Positions 35,173 through 48,700 of a DNA stretch of 64,000 nt are shown piece after piece (positions within the stretch are counted from its first letter, which is position 1; every line of letters starts with the position of its first letter). A program made the position numbers and the translations under genes. This DNA is from Eledone cirrhosa (taxonomy: Eukaryota): contig OZ024746.1 in the NCBI GenBank assembly GCA_964016885.1, positions 99,882,001 to 99,946,000 on the forward strand, written 5' to 3'. The notes under the pieces are model-generated. The model did no database searches. It saw only the letters and a program-made list of their open reading frames with translations, and was not told the DNA's origin.

Positions 35173-38100
35173 ACACAGACACAGACCCTTTGTCTTCCAG
35201 CAGTGAAGATGAAGGAAAACCCAAAAGTGCCAAAAAACAAAAGAGAAAACTCACCAAAAAAAAAAAGCCCCAACAAAACACAAAAACATACACAAAAAAA
35301 TACAGACACCACTAACGCAAACACTTCCCCAATAACATCAACACCAAAATCAACAACACCACCCCCACAATCACCGAAACACAAACAACCTAAACAAACA
35401 CACGAAGAAATAAACACACAGACACCTGAAATTGTAGACACCACACCTACAACAAACACAGACATATCCGAAACAACATCACCAAAACCATCACCACCAC
35501 AGTCACCAAAACGAAAACAAATAAAACCACACCAATAAAACATTAAAAACTTTGTGCTTGTCAGAAGGGCCAACAATAAATTGATGGCCCTCTTAGCACG
35601 AAGCGAGGACATCCAAACATAGGGGGAGATCTTTGAACTGAACACATTTTGCGTGCCAGAAGTTTTGCTCCTGGTGCGAATGTCGCTCAATTCCTACAAA
35701 GAAATTCGAGAAAGCTTTCCTCAAGACATGGGAACCCCGAATGTGAAACCCACATCAAGACTTTTAAAGGGGTTCCCAAAAGAAACCTCACCAACCTTGG
35801 AGGTCGAACCACCCGACCTTCACAAGACCCCGGGAGGTATGTAAACCTTCCCTCTCTCTCTTTTAGCTTGCCAACATGGCGATATTAAGAGTAGGAAGGT
35901 TAAATGTTCGCAGCCTGGGGTCACCCTGGAAGCAGGGTCGCCTGCTCAACGATCTCAGGTCTCTGGAAATGGATGTGATTGCCGTCAGCAAGACCAGGAT
36001 TTCCGACATGCGCGCACTAGCCCCCATTTCGACGACTATCAGATCTTCGCATCTATTAGCAGGCCGGGAATGGGAGGTGGGGTGGCAGTGCTGTTTAGGA
36101 AAGGTCTGGATCTCGAGGTAAGGTCAATCTTCCGGGATCCGGACGGTAAGTTGGTGGTCCTGGATGTGAGCAATAGCGAAGGTAGTGCCTTTAGACTGCT
36201 GGTTCCTACTGGGGCCGAACGACCGTACTTTAGGCGCCTGGAAACCTTTCTGGGTACGTCTCGCCCTCTACTGTTAGCGGGGGACTGGAACGGCATCTTA
36301 GACGCACGCTGGGATTGTGTGGAAAGCTGATAGGGGGGGGGGGGGCAAAGGCCTCAAACACCTAATCAGCCAGTTCCGACTGTCTGACAGGTATCGACTA
36401 GATTTCCCCAATGCGCCAGTGTGGACCAACCGCATAGGATCATCTAGATCGTATATAGACAGGATCTTTATTAGGAAAATAGATAGAAATAGTGTAGGCT
36501 GCCCAATCTTTAAAACGGTCGCCTATTCAGATCACAAATTTGTGATCTGCTTAGTCGACCTAGATAAAACGCGTAGGTTGGGACCGGGCTACTGGAAGCT
36601 GAACATGTCATTTCCGGCACGTAAGGCTTACAAGGGGGATCATCAACAACAGATGGTGGAGGCTCTCAAAAGAGAGATTAGAGTAACTTCGATAGAGTTC
36701 AGCAAAGAACTAGCGTTAGAGAAAAATAGAAAGGACGGGGAGCTGGTAGATAAGTTAGATGAGGCTATTGGTAGTAGCATTGCAGCTGACATGCTAGCGG
36801 CGAGAATGGCATTAGACCATTTCTTCAATGCGAAACACGAAGGTTGCATTGTCAGAGCTAAGGCGCGTGCACTGAGAAACGAGGGAACCAAAGCTGTTAG
36901 ATGGGCCCCCGTGGCAGAGGCGCAGCGTGATAATAAAACCACAATTTGGTCTTTGGTGGACCGAGACGGACACGAGATAGGCGATTCCAAGCCGATGTAT
37001 GAGGCCTTTCGTCAGCACTTTGCTCAGTTGTTCGGAGAGAGTGGCAAGTCAGAGAGAGTAGCGGCTTTCTGCGCATCTCGACGGTCGACACTGAGCACTG
37101 CGAAAGGCCGATTACTTCAGCCGAAATTCAGGACGCCCTTGTCGGCCGCATGAAGCGCAAGTCACCCGGTTTGGATGGCCTGCCCTATGAACTTTACATA
37201 AATATGCCAGACTTGTTCCCCGATCTCCTCGAAACACTCTACTGCAACTAGCAGTAGAATGGGAGTATTCGCAGTTCTGTGAGCAGGGGAGTGGTGACGC
37301 TGATAAGGAAAGACGAGAACAAGAGGGATACATTAGAAAACTTCAGGCCCTTAACTCTGCTCAACACAGAGTTTAAAATTTTGGCCAAGCTGTTAGCAAA
37401 GAGATTGGCGCTTGTCGTCGAGGATTTGGTTGGGGAGGTGCAAACTTGTACAATCCCAGCCAGGTCCATACACAACAATCTCCACCTCATGCGATACATC
37501 ATAGAGAGGGTAGGGTGTAAACCTGGCTTCGGTGGGGCACTGATCAATTTAGATCAATCAAAAGCATTCGATAGGGTCAACCATTGGTATCTGAAGTTTG
37601 TCCTCAAAGCAGCTGGCTTTAGCCCTGTCTTCAGAAGCTGGATCGCTGCAATGCACAGCGGCACATGCTCGGTGGTCAAGGTTAATGGCCACCTCTCGGA
37701 ACCATTTCGGCTCTCCCTATCGGTCCATCAAGGGTGCCCTCTCTCTTCCCTTCTGTACGTATTGGCTCTCGAGCCTTTACTGCGGAAGCTGGAGCTGTTG
37801 CAGGGCATCCCACTCGAACCAGGATGTGGAAAGGCGGTGTCGGCTTATGCGGACGACATCACTGTGATGGTGTCGGACACCTCAGAAATCGAGGTGGTCG
37901 GCACCTTATTGAAGGAATATGAAAGGTTGACAGGAGCCAAACTTAACCCAGAAAAGTCGGTGGGCTTGCAGCTCGGAACCTGAAGTGGCAAGCCTATGCC
38001 ACCCAACAACGCCGTGGGGCGCTGCACGGACAGAATGGTAAAGTTGTTCGGGGTTTGGTTCGGACCAGACCTCCAGGTGGAAAAGAATTGGGACGAGGTA

Positions 38101-39499
38101 ACAAGCAGAGTAGCCAGTCTCACCCAAAAATGGGCTGGGAGGAAGCTATCACTGAAAGGTCGCGTGGAGGTGGCGAATGCGTACATCGCATCCGTCATCT
38201 ACTACCGCCTGACCGTCGTGCCTTGCCCCCGTCCGCGCTTCATCAAGTTGGCACGGCTCCTCTTCAAATTCTTGTGGAAGGGACAAGTTCCGTTGGTGAG
38301 GCGGTCCATCTGCTGCCAGCACCCTCTACACGGAGGGCTGGACATGCCGTGGCTAAGGATGTGCAGACATACGCTTAGGCTGCGGCATCTCCAAATATTC
38401 TGCCTAAACAATGAATAGATGTTGTCGCCGTTTATCAGACAGGCCTTTCCGCAGCTCGTTTCTTTGACTGAGCTGCAGTCCTGGGTCAAGAAGAGACCGA
38501 GACTGGGTGACTGGCACCTGGAATGTTGCCAGGCACTCACTGCTCTCTACCAAGCAGACAATGCGATCAGTGGAACTTCCACTCTCAAGTTCTATAGAGG
38601 ATTAGTGGTGGGCAAGTGCTATGATGCACTCGGGGAGGCTCTGGGCCTTGACGAGGTCGAACTGACCAGTCTGTTCCGGAGGACTTTCGAGCCGGTGACG
38701 ATGGACAATTTCCAGATTTTCCTCGCTTGGCAGTGCTACTGGGGGCACTGCCAGTTCGGGATAAAATCTACAGGCAGGGAAGTGCTGTCAGACGGACCTG
38801 CCCAAGATGCGTGCAGAGCGACGAAACCATTCTGCACACACTTGTCCAATGTCCGTGTATTACTGACCTGTGGAGTTATGTCGAACAGCTACTGTCGCAT
38901 ATGGAATGATCCAGCTATCGGCCGAGTCTATAGTGAAGATCAACCCACCGCCTTCCTTTGGTCAGGAAGAGCAGGCAATTTTCCTCTGTCTGGTGGCCGT
39001 TGCGAAAGAGGTTATATGGTGGACCAGATTAAAAGGACTGAAGACAGGCACTTTTCTCTTCGGCCAATCCCTCATCAACTTTTTCAAGTTTCACCTGGAA
39101 AGGAAGGTGAGGATGGAGAGAGAAGTGCTGCCCCCCCCCCCCCCCCCCCAGTACATTTGCTAAAAGGTGGATGAATGTGGTGAGAATGGCCCATGTGAAT
39201 GGGCCTACTCTGACCATGCGCCTATAGGTTAGCTAATTTGAGGAGAGGGGCGCTCTCTCTGGATGCCATAGAAGCGCAGGGTGGTTCAGGATTCGTGGGG
39301 TACCTGAGTTACCCCTGGGTCGTCCGCCCCCGATAGGGGAATTTATTTTGTTATATTTATACATAGTTTATTTTATATTTTCATTGTTAAATTGGTTTAG
39401 CCATTGTGCACTTTTACTCGACCTTATTGTAAATCCCCACTGTCTGCATCTTTGTATTGTCCCCTACATGTCGGCCCTTGTGGCCAATAAATGAAATCA

Positions 39500-39540
<41 letters not shown>
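35173..39540 (+). mobile_element. Near-complete, disrupted Tx1/L1-clade LINE (APE endonuclease, RT, CCHC)
   Basis: LNVRSL, GDWN, SYIDRI, YSDH, WKLN; NFRPLTLLNTEFKI, LDQSKAFDRV, QGCPLS, YADD; CPRC..ETILHTLVQC. Confidence 0.92.
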
Positions 39541-42500
39541 GTTGTTCTTTGAGTCTCACTCATTGATGTTATTTAACTGGAATGTTTGTTGAAATGAATA
39601 TCAAGCCGCTACCTGCAGCCTCAGATATTCAGGACGTATCGGAGGGTTCTTGCTGTTCCCAGCAAGCATGCCTTTTGAAGCGTTCCAAAAAGCGGGGCGG
39701 GACCAATTTTCTTTAACCATCCCTGGAAACTCTTTGAGATAGTACCTAGTGCGCCTATGACAATCGGGATCACTTTGACTTCATGGCAGTTCCAAATCCT
39801 TTTTACCTCCCACTTTAAGTCCTGGCATCGGTTAATTTTTTCCCTCTCCTTCTCTTGCACTCTCGTATCGAATGGGCAGGTTACATCCACAATCAGGCAC
39901 GATCTTTTTTCCTTGTCCAAAACCACCAGGTCAGGTCTATTGTGTTCCAGTTTCTTGTCCGTCTGTATCCTAAAATCCCACAACACCTTCATCTGATCGT
40001 TTTCTATCACTGACACTGGCTTATGCTCATACCACTTCTCAGAATGTGGTAAATTGTTTACTTTGCATAGGTGCCAGTGAATCACCCTGCCCATCACATC
40101 ATGTCTCCAGCCTTTATAGTGAGTCTGGGCTAGGTGTTTACACTCGGATACAATGTGAGCCACAGTCTCCTCTCTCTCTCCACAGATCCTACACAGTGGG
40201 CTATCCTCCACCTTGTAAATATGGTGTTTCACCCACTTCGTTTTGAGGGCCTGCTCTTGCGCAGCCATTAACATTCCTTCTGTAACCTTTTTAAGGTCTC
40301 CTCTTTTCAACCAGTTCCATGTCTGTGGATCTCTAAATTCAGTTTTCTCAAAGAAGGTACTATGAAGGGATTTTTCATGAAGGTTGCTCTTCCTCCTTGG
40401 ACATCCCCTGGTCTATTGTTCTCTCCTTCAGTACAATTCTGAGCATGCTCCCTACTATCAGTCACGTATTTGTGTAGGTTGTTTTTCTCCCTCTGAACAC
40501 AGTCCTCTATGCTGATAAGACCTCTTCCACCTTCAGATCTCCTTAAGTAGTGTCTATTGACATCACTCCTCTGGTGGAACATGTTGTAGATAGTCAATAG
40601 CTTCCTAGTCTTCCTATCCATTTCTTTTTGTTCAGCAACATTCCATCTCAGAATTCCCGCACTGTACCTAATAATAGACACAGCTCGGAAATTTACTGCA
40701 CTTATGACATTCCTACTGTTCAGATGTGACTTTAATATGCTCCTTACTCTCCGAATGTATTCAGATCTTATCAATTCCTTTGTTTTTTTGTTCTTGAGGT
40801 CATCAGCCTCCAGAACACCTAAATATTTGTATCCTTCTTCAGTGTCAATTTCCTTTATCTTCTCACCTGTTGGTACCTGGATTCCGTTGCTTCTGCTCAA
40901 TTTACCCCCTCCTCATCACAAGGACTCCACAATTATTAACACCAAATTCTATAAATATATCATTGCTGAAAATACGGACAGTGTCAACAAGCACATCCAA
41001 CTCCTTCTCACTGCTCTCCCTTTCCCAACTTGTATTCTGCTCTCAGTTTTCGCAGTATAATGGTCAGGGGGATCAGGGCAAGGACAAACAACAGAGGGGA
41101 CAAACTATCTCCCTGGAAGATACCTCTCTTGATCTTCATGCCTCCCAAGGATTCTCCACCCGATGTTAACTCTGTTTTCCAGGACTTCATACTTTTGCTC
41201 AACAACTGTCTGATGTTATCTGCCACCATGAAGATCTCTAGGCTTTTGGTTATCCAAGAATGAGGCACCATGTCGAATGCCTTTTTGTAGTCGATCCATC
41301 CCATGGCAAGACCAGTGTGTCTCCTCTTGCAATTCCTCATTACCATCTTATCAATAAGTTACTGGTCCTTTGTACCACGGGACTTCTTTTGGCATCCTTT
41401 CTGTTCATCCGGTAACAAGTTGTTTATGTGGAGGTGATGGTAGATTTCCTCAGACACAATGCTTGTTAACAGTTTCCACATTACGGGCAGACATGTGATA
41501 GGTCTATAGTTGGTAACATCATTACCCTTGATTCGGTCTTTCATTACCAGAACTGTGGTACCTTTTGTCAACCACTCTGGTACCTCACCTGACATCAAGC
41601 AGTCATTGAACATGGTTGTCAGTTTCGGGTGGAGGGATGTTAGATTTTTAATCCAATACCCCTGCACACCATCTGGGCCTGGTGATTTCCAGTTGGTTAG
41701 TTTTCTGGCCTGCCCCTTAAGAGTTTCAACTGTGATACTCAAATCAGTTTGTTGGTGTGCCTGTTCACTAATCTCCTTTTGTACTGTCTCAATCCACACT
41801 GCCTGAATATTATGTTCAACATCCTGCTCCCATATTTCTATCCAGAATGTCTTAGTCTTTCCCTTCAAGCTGTCCAAACAACATCTGGTTGTTGTCAAAC
41901 ATGCAGTTCTGTCTATACTGACTGACTCTGCTCTCATATCGCCTAATCTTTGCACTCTTTGCTACAATGCGTTGCTTCAGTTCCTTTATGATAATATTTA
42001 GCTTTTTGCTCCTAGTTTTGTACTTTATTTCCAGTCTATTTTTAGTGTCTATGTTTTGTAGTGTCCCATTCAGTAGGGACTCAAGCTTTCCAATGTCATT
42101 TCTCATTTCCCTGATTTGACCATTCAGTCGTTTCTTCCACCAATGTTCTGATCTTTCTTGTTTGTTGTTTCCTCTCGCTTTTATGCCAAGTAATTTCCTC
42201 ACCGCATTTGCTGTTGCTTTGAGGATATTGTTGCACTGGTGAAGGTTCCTCGCCTCAAGGTATGGGATGACTTTGTTTACCTTAGCTGTTGTTTCTTTTA
42301 ACTTTTTCCTGTCTACAAATCTTAGGTTCATAGGTTTTCCACTATCATTGTTCATTTCATCTACCACTAAGTTTAGGATATCAACCAAATCTTGTCCTAG
42401 CCCGTCAGCATTCATTTCCTCAATGGCCGTATCTTTGTTCCAGGTATTATTTATTTCAGCATTCAGATCATTGTCTGCTTCGGATGCTTCCTCCGTTCTC

Positions 42501-43124
42501 TCAACCTCTTCACCTTCATTTCCCACTGGCTCGTTTGCCTGGCATACTCCACTCTTCATTTCCAACCTAATCTCTCTGCTCAGTTCCTCCAGTTCCAGCT
42601 CGCTTATCCACCCATTAGTTCTTATTACCCGAGCCTGCCTGGACAATTTTTGTTCATCTAATTGTTCCAGATGTTATGCATCCGTTTCCTATAGCCTTTT
42701 TCCTTGGGGTTACTCTTCAGGTAACATTGCATAACAGTTCTATTCAATTCTTTCGTCCAGTTGGTTCTGGTCCCTTTCCTTCTTCTTCTTCCTCCGACAC
42801 CAGCAGTATTTGGTTGACAGCCAGGTCCCTGCTGCTGAGCCAGGGAGCACCTGCTGGGTGAGAGTCTGTCACATGACATTCTAGTCTCCATTTCACCGTT
42901 ATTCGAACTGTTTAGGTTCGACATTTAAACACTCTTATCGAGGATTGGTGAATGTATGGTTACATAACCACCGGGGATTTCACCACCCCCAGTGATTTTA
43001 GCGTGGCACTATCACGCTATAGACGAACATAAATAAATAAACAAATAAATAGGTAAAAATTTAAAAAAATAAACATAAGTTTCATTGTAATGTTTGAATG
43101 TCTGACTTAGTTTGTTTTTTTTAA
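39541..43124 (-). mobile_element. Near full-length, dead R4/Dong-clade retrotransposon (RT plus restriction-like endonuclease)
   Basis: NWTKELN..VMQCY....GYRKRM..IW, NYRPITCL, WIDYKKAFD, GIFQGDSLSP, CRIC..ETVAHIVSEC, RPDLVV..VDVTCP; (TAA)n on both flanks. Confidence 0.88.
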
Positions 43125-43144
43125 ATTATTATTATTATTATTAT

Positions 43145-43175
<31 letters not shown>

Positions 43176-43581
43176 GGTGGTGGTGGTGGTGGTGGTAGTA
43201 GTGGTGGTAGTATTAGTAGTATTAGTATGGTATAGTCACATAACACCTGATAGAGTCGTAGGGGCGCCATATTGTCATACAGCGTTACTTGGACATTTTA
43301 AGCCTGGTGGAGCCCACCCCTCTCCAGACCTGAGTACAGCAGATTTCTTCCAAAGAAAGATAGAAAGAGAGAGGGAGAGGAAATGAGAAAGAGATATAGA
43401 GGAAGAATCGACCCCAGTACTTGACTGGTACTTTTTTATTGACCTCGAAAGGATGAAAGGCAAAGTTGACCTCGGCGGGATTTGAACTCAGAGAGCAGAG
43501 AGCTGGAACTAATACCGCAAAGCATTCTATCTGACGTGCTAATGATTCTGCCAATTCACCGCCTTAGTAGTAGTAGTAGTA

Positions 43582-43615
<34 letters not shown>

Positions 43616-43688
43616 CAGCAGCAGCAGCAACAGCAGCAGTAATAGTAGTAAAAGGCCATGACAAACTAGAAAAGATATATATATTTAC

Positions 43689-43744
43689 CTGATGAAATGA
43701 AGTTTTGAGTGATCAAGTTTTTGAACAAGCAGTTTCAATGAATT
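43689..43744 (-). CDS. CHS: Myosin-motor chitin synthase, exon A (56 nt): NSLKLLVQKLDHSKLHFI(R)
   Basis: Acceptor ttttattccag, donor AG/gtaaat. Ends in phase 2 and joins exon B to give HFIRCIRSN, matching the myosin motor motif HFxRCIKPN. Confidence 0.85.
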
Positions 43745-43855
43745 CTGGAATAAAACAAAAACTGCATTAAAAAAGAATTCAGCGTGTTAAAATTATAAGC
43801 ATGCACTATTTTTTATTACAAATATTGATTTCTTTTATTCACAGTTGTATACATA

Positions 43856-43905
43856 ATAGTATCACTGATGATGTCACAGGTGTGTGACAAAAGAACTCTG
43901 AGAAA
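43856..43905 (+). ncRNA. Hammerhead-like core with one core substitution (GAAA to AAAA)
   Basis: atca-CTGATGA-tgtcaca-ggtg-tgtgaca-aaagaactc-tga. Confidence 0.45.
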
Positions 43906-44569
43906 CTATATTTATATTTATATTTTTAACTGTTGGTCAATCAATGATATACATTGATTGCCAGCTGAATTAATTATAGAAATATAAAATATACTGAAGC
44001 GAAAACTTACCCAAACCAAACAGTGTTTTATTATATATTTATGGCAATATTATAACAACATGACCCTCTCCAAATATAACAATGTATATATAATTATTTC
44101 TGATTTAGCCACAAGGCCAACAATTTTGGGGGAGAGGAAAAATCAATTAAATTGTGTATTACTGGCACTTTATTTTATCAACCCCATAAGGATGAGGAGC
44201 AAATCTAACCTCGGCGTGATTTGAACTCAGGAATGTAAAGCGCCATAACTCTATGCTGTAAAGCATGGTATCTGATGCTCTATTAATACTGTTGAATAAA
44301 TAACATTACAAATATAATGTTGTTGATAAACACAAATATAAACAAATGTAACAAATACTGTTAAGTACTGCTAGGAAGCTACAACAACACCAAAATATAT
44401 GACTAGAGTGAGAGAGAGAAAAAAAAAAAGAAAAAGAAAAAAATTTGGTGGAAGCAAAAACGGAAACGACCATCAATTAATTCACCACCAAGTGTGACAA
44501 TCGGCCGCACATCATAAGGATCAACGGATCACTTTGAAGCAAGCCAACATGCTTGCAACATTACCACGG

Positions 44570-44929
44570 GTGATGGTGAGGTTAAGGCGCTGAAATAAGC
44601 AGGTACCCTCATAGACATCACCTGACACCTCAGTAAGGTGATGTGATGGTGAGACTAAGGCACCAAAACAACCAAGTACCCTCATGGGCATCACCTGACA
44701 CCTCAGTAAAGTGATGTGATGGTGAGACTAAGGCACCGAAACAACCAAGTACCCTCATGGGCATCACCTGACACCTCAGTAACGTGATGTGATGGTGAGA
44801 TTAAGGCACCAAAACAACCAAGTACCCTCATGGGCATCACCTGACACCTCAGTAACGTGATGTGATGGTGAGATTAAGGCACCAAAACAACCAAGTACCC
44901 TCATGGGAATCACCTGACACCTCAGTAAG
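44570..44929. repeat. 73-bp tandem repeat, about 5 copies
   Basis: gtgatgtgat recurs at 44638, 44711, 44784 and 44857. Confidence 0.95.
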
Positions 44930-45762
44930 GCAAGTTGCCAGCAATGACAAGAATTGTTGTTGTTGGGAGACGTAGTTTAAATAAATACTAATTGCTAACA
45001 CTTCAATAGTTTTACACCAGATTGACTTAGCATGTTAAAAATCCATTTCTTATCACTCAAACATAGAAGATATGTAGCAGTACGGAACATTTTTATTTAA
45101 TATTAATCATGTGATTGGCAGTATCAGTAGAGCTTCAGACAATATGCTTTATGGCATCGAGCTACACCCCTTTACGATCTGAGTTCAAATCCTGTCGAGT
45201 TTAGCTTTGCCTTTCACCCTGATCGGGTTAATTAAATAAAGTACCAGTAATGCAATGGAGTCGATTTAATCGACTTTCCCCTCCCCCATCCCCAGTTCCA
45301 CCACACTTGTAAATTATAATTATATTTTCCCTCTAAAACACATATCTATTTGTATATGCTCTACAATTTATGTACATGTTATGTTTATCACATATGAAGG
45401 TTTTATATATCTTGGTTGATATTTGATAATAAAAGCTAAACTAATTACTACAATCAAATTTGCCCCCCACCCTCCCCCACACCTCATTCAGAAATGCTTA
45501 CACTGCTCCTGTTTTATTATCATTTTTGGCAATATTGGGACAACATGTCTCTCTCCAAATAAAACAATATCCCTTAACTTTCTCTTAAACTGCTTTTCCA
45601 TGAAACCTTAAAATATATCCTGTTAACAATATAATATTAATACCCAACATATAGCTGTAAATCTAAATAATTCCTGAAATTAAATATCACTACAGTTGAC
45701 TTAGCTTTTCACATTTTCAATAAAATAAATGCTACAAATACATGCAATAGACTTAATAAACA

Positions 45763-48700
45763 TTAATCCTTTACCATTACATTACTCTATATATACTATA
45801 GTAACCCTTTACCATTACATTACTCTATATATACTATAGTAATCCTTTACCATTACATTACTCTATATATTCTATTGTAACCCTTCACCATTACATTACT
45901 CTATATATACTATAGTAACCCTTTACTATTACATTACTCTATATATACTATAGTAACCCTTTACCATTACATTACTCTATATATTCTATTGTAACCCTTT
46001 ACCATTACATTACTCTGTATATATACTATAGTAACCCTTTACCATTACATTACTCTATATATACTATAGTAACCCTTTACCATTACATTACTCTATATAT
46101 TCTATTGTAACCCTTTACTATTACATTACTCTATATATACTATAGTAACCCTTTACCATTACATTACTCTATATATACTATAGTAACCCTTTACCATTAC
46201 ATTACTCTATATATTCTATTGTAACCCTTTACCATTACATTACTCTATATATACTATTGTAACCCTTTACCATTACATTACTCTATATATTCTATTGTAA
46301 CCCTTTACCATTACATTACTCTATATATACTATAGTAACCCTTTACCATTACATTACTCTATATATTCTATTGTAACCCTTTACCATTACATTACTCTAT
46401 ATATACTATAGTGACCCTTTACCAATACATTACTCTATATATTCTATTGTAACCCTTTACCATTTACATTAATCTATATATACTATTGTAACCCTTTACT
46501 ATTACATTACTCTATATATACTATAGTAACCCTTTACTATTACATTACTCTATATATATACTATTGTAACCATTTACTATTACATTACTCTATATATACC
46601 ATTGTAACCCTTTACTATTATATTACTCTATATATACTATAGTAACCCTTTACTATTACATTACTCTATATATTCTATTGTAACCCTTTACTATTTTATT
46701 ACTCTATATATACTATTGTAACCCTTTACTATTACATTACTCTATATATTCTATTGTAACCCTTTACTATTACATTACTCTATATATACTATTATAACCC
46801 TTTACCATTACATTACTCTATATATACTATAGTAACCCTTTACTATTACATTACTCTATATATTCTATTGTAACCCTTTACTATTACATTACTCTATATA
46901 TACTATAGTAACCCTTTACCATTACATTACTCTATATATTCTATTGTAACCCTTTACCATTACATTACTCTATATATACTATAGTAACCCTTTACCATTA
47001 CATTACTCTATATATTCTATTGTAACCCGTTACCATTACATTACTCTATATATACTATAGTAACCCTTTACCATTACATTACTCTATATATTCTATTGTA
47101 ACCCTTTACCATTACATTACTCTATATATACTATAGTAACCCTTTACCATTACATTACTCTATATATTCTATTGTAACCCTTTACCATTACATTACTCTA
47201 TATATACTATAGTAACCTTTTACCATTACATTACTCTATATATTCTATTGTAACCCTTTACCATTACATTACTCTATATATACTATAGTAACCTTTTACC
47301 ATTACATTACTCTATATATACTATAGTAACCCTTTACTATTACATTACTCTATATATACCATTGTAACCCTTTACCACTACATTACTCTATATATACTAT
47401 TGTACCCCTTTACCATTACATTACTCTATATATACTATAGTAACGCTTTACCACTACATTACTCTATATATTCTATTGTAACCCTTTACCATTACATTAC
47501 TCTATATATACTATAGTAACGCTTTACCACTACATTACTCTATATATTCTATTGTAACCCTTTACCACTACATTACTCTATATATTCTATTGTAACCCTT
47601 TACCATTACATTACTCTATATATACTATAGTAACCCTTTACCATTACATTACTCTATATATTCTATAGTAATCCTTTACTATTACATTACTCTATATATA
47701 CTATAGTAACCCTTTACCATTACATTACTCTATATATACTATAGTAACGCTTTACCACTACATTACTCTATATATTCTATTGTAACCCTTTACCATTACA
47801 TTACTCTATATATACTATCGTAACCCTTTACCACTACATTACTCTATATATACTATAGTAACCCTTTACCATTACATTACTCTATATATTCTATTGTAAC
47901 CCTTTACCATTACATTACTCTATATATACTATAGTAACCAATTACCATTACATTACTCTATATATACTATAGTAACCCTTTACCATTACATTACTCTATA
48001 TATTCTATTGTAACCCTTTACTATTACATTACTCTATATATACTATAGTAACCGTTTACCTTTACATTACTCTATATATTCTATTGTAACCCTTTACCAT
48101 TACATTACTCTATATATACTATAGTAACCCTTTACCATGACATTACTCTATATATACTATTGTAACCCTTTACTACTACATTACTTTATATATTCTATTG
48201 TAACCCTTTACCATTACATTACTTTATATATACTATAGTAATCCTTTAGCATTACATTACTTTATATATATACTATTGTAACCCTTTACCATTACATTAC
48301 TCTATATATACTATTGTAACCCTTTACCATTACATTACTCTATATATACTATAGTAACCCTTTACCATTACATTACTCTATATATATACTATTGTAACCC
48401 TTTACTACTACATTACTTTATATATTCTATTGTAACCCTTTACCATTACATTTCTTTATATATATACTATTGTAACCCTTTACCATTACATTACTCTATA
48501 TATACTATAGTAACCCTTTACTATTACATTACTCTATATATACTATTGTAAACCTTTACCATTACATTACTCTATATATACTATAGTAACCCTTTACCAT
48601 TACATTACTCCATATATACTATAGTAACCCTTTACTATTACATTACTCTATATATTCTATAGTGACACTTTACCATTACATTACTCTATATATTCTATTG

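Noticed and set aside
35079-35690. Pro/Thr-rich or hydrophobic ORFs as host exons
   Set aside because: Low-complexity sequence directly upstream of the Tx1 endonuclease, probably an ORF1/5' remnant. Exons A and B already join without it.
35876-42924. Active autonomous retrotransposons
   Set aside because: Both the Tx1-like and Dong-like copies carry multiple stops, frameshifts and deletions.
16664-43744. Separate myosin gene and membrane-protein gene
   Set aside because: Exon E bridges the phases exactly, with strong splice sites and no stop, and the fusion type is known. RNA confirmation is still needed.
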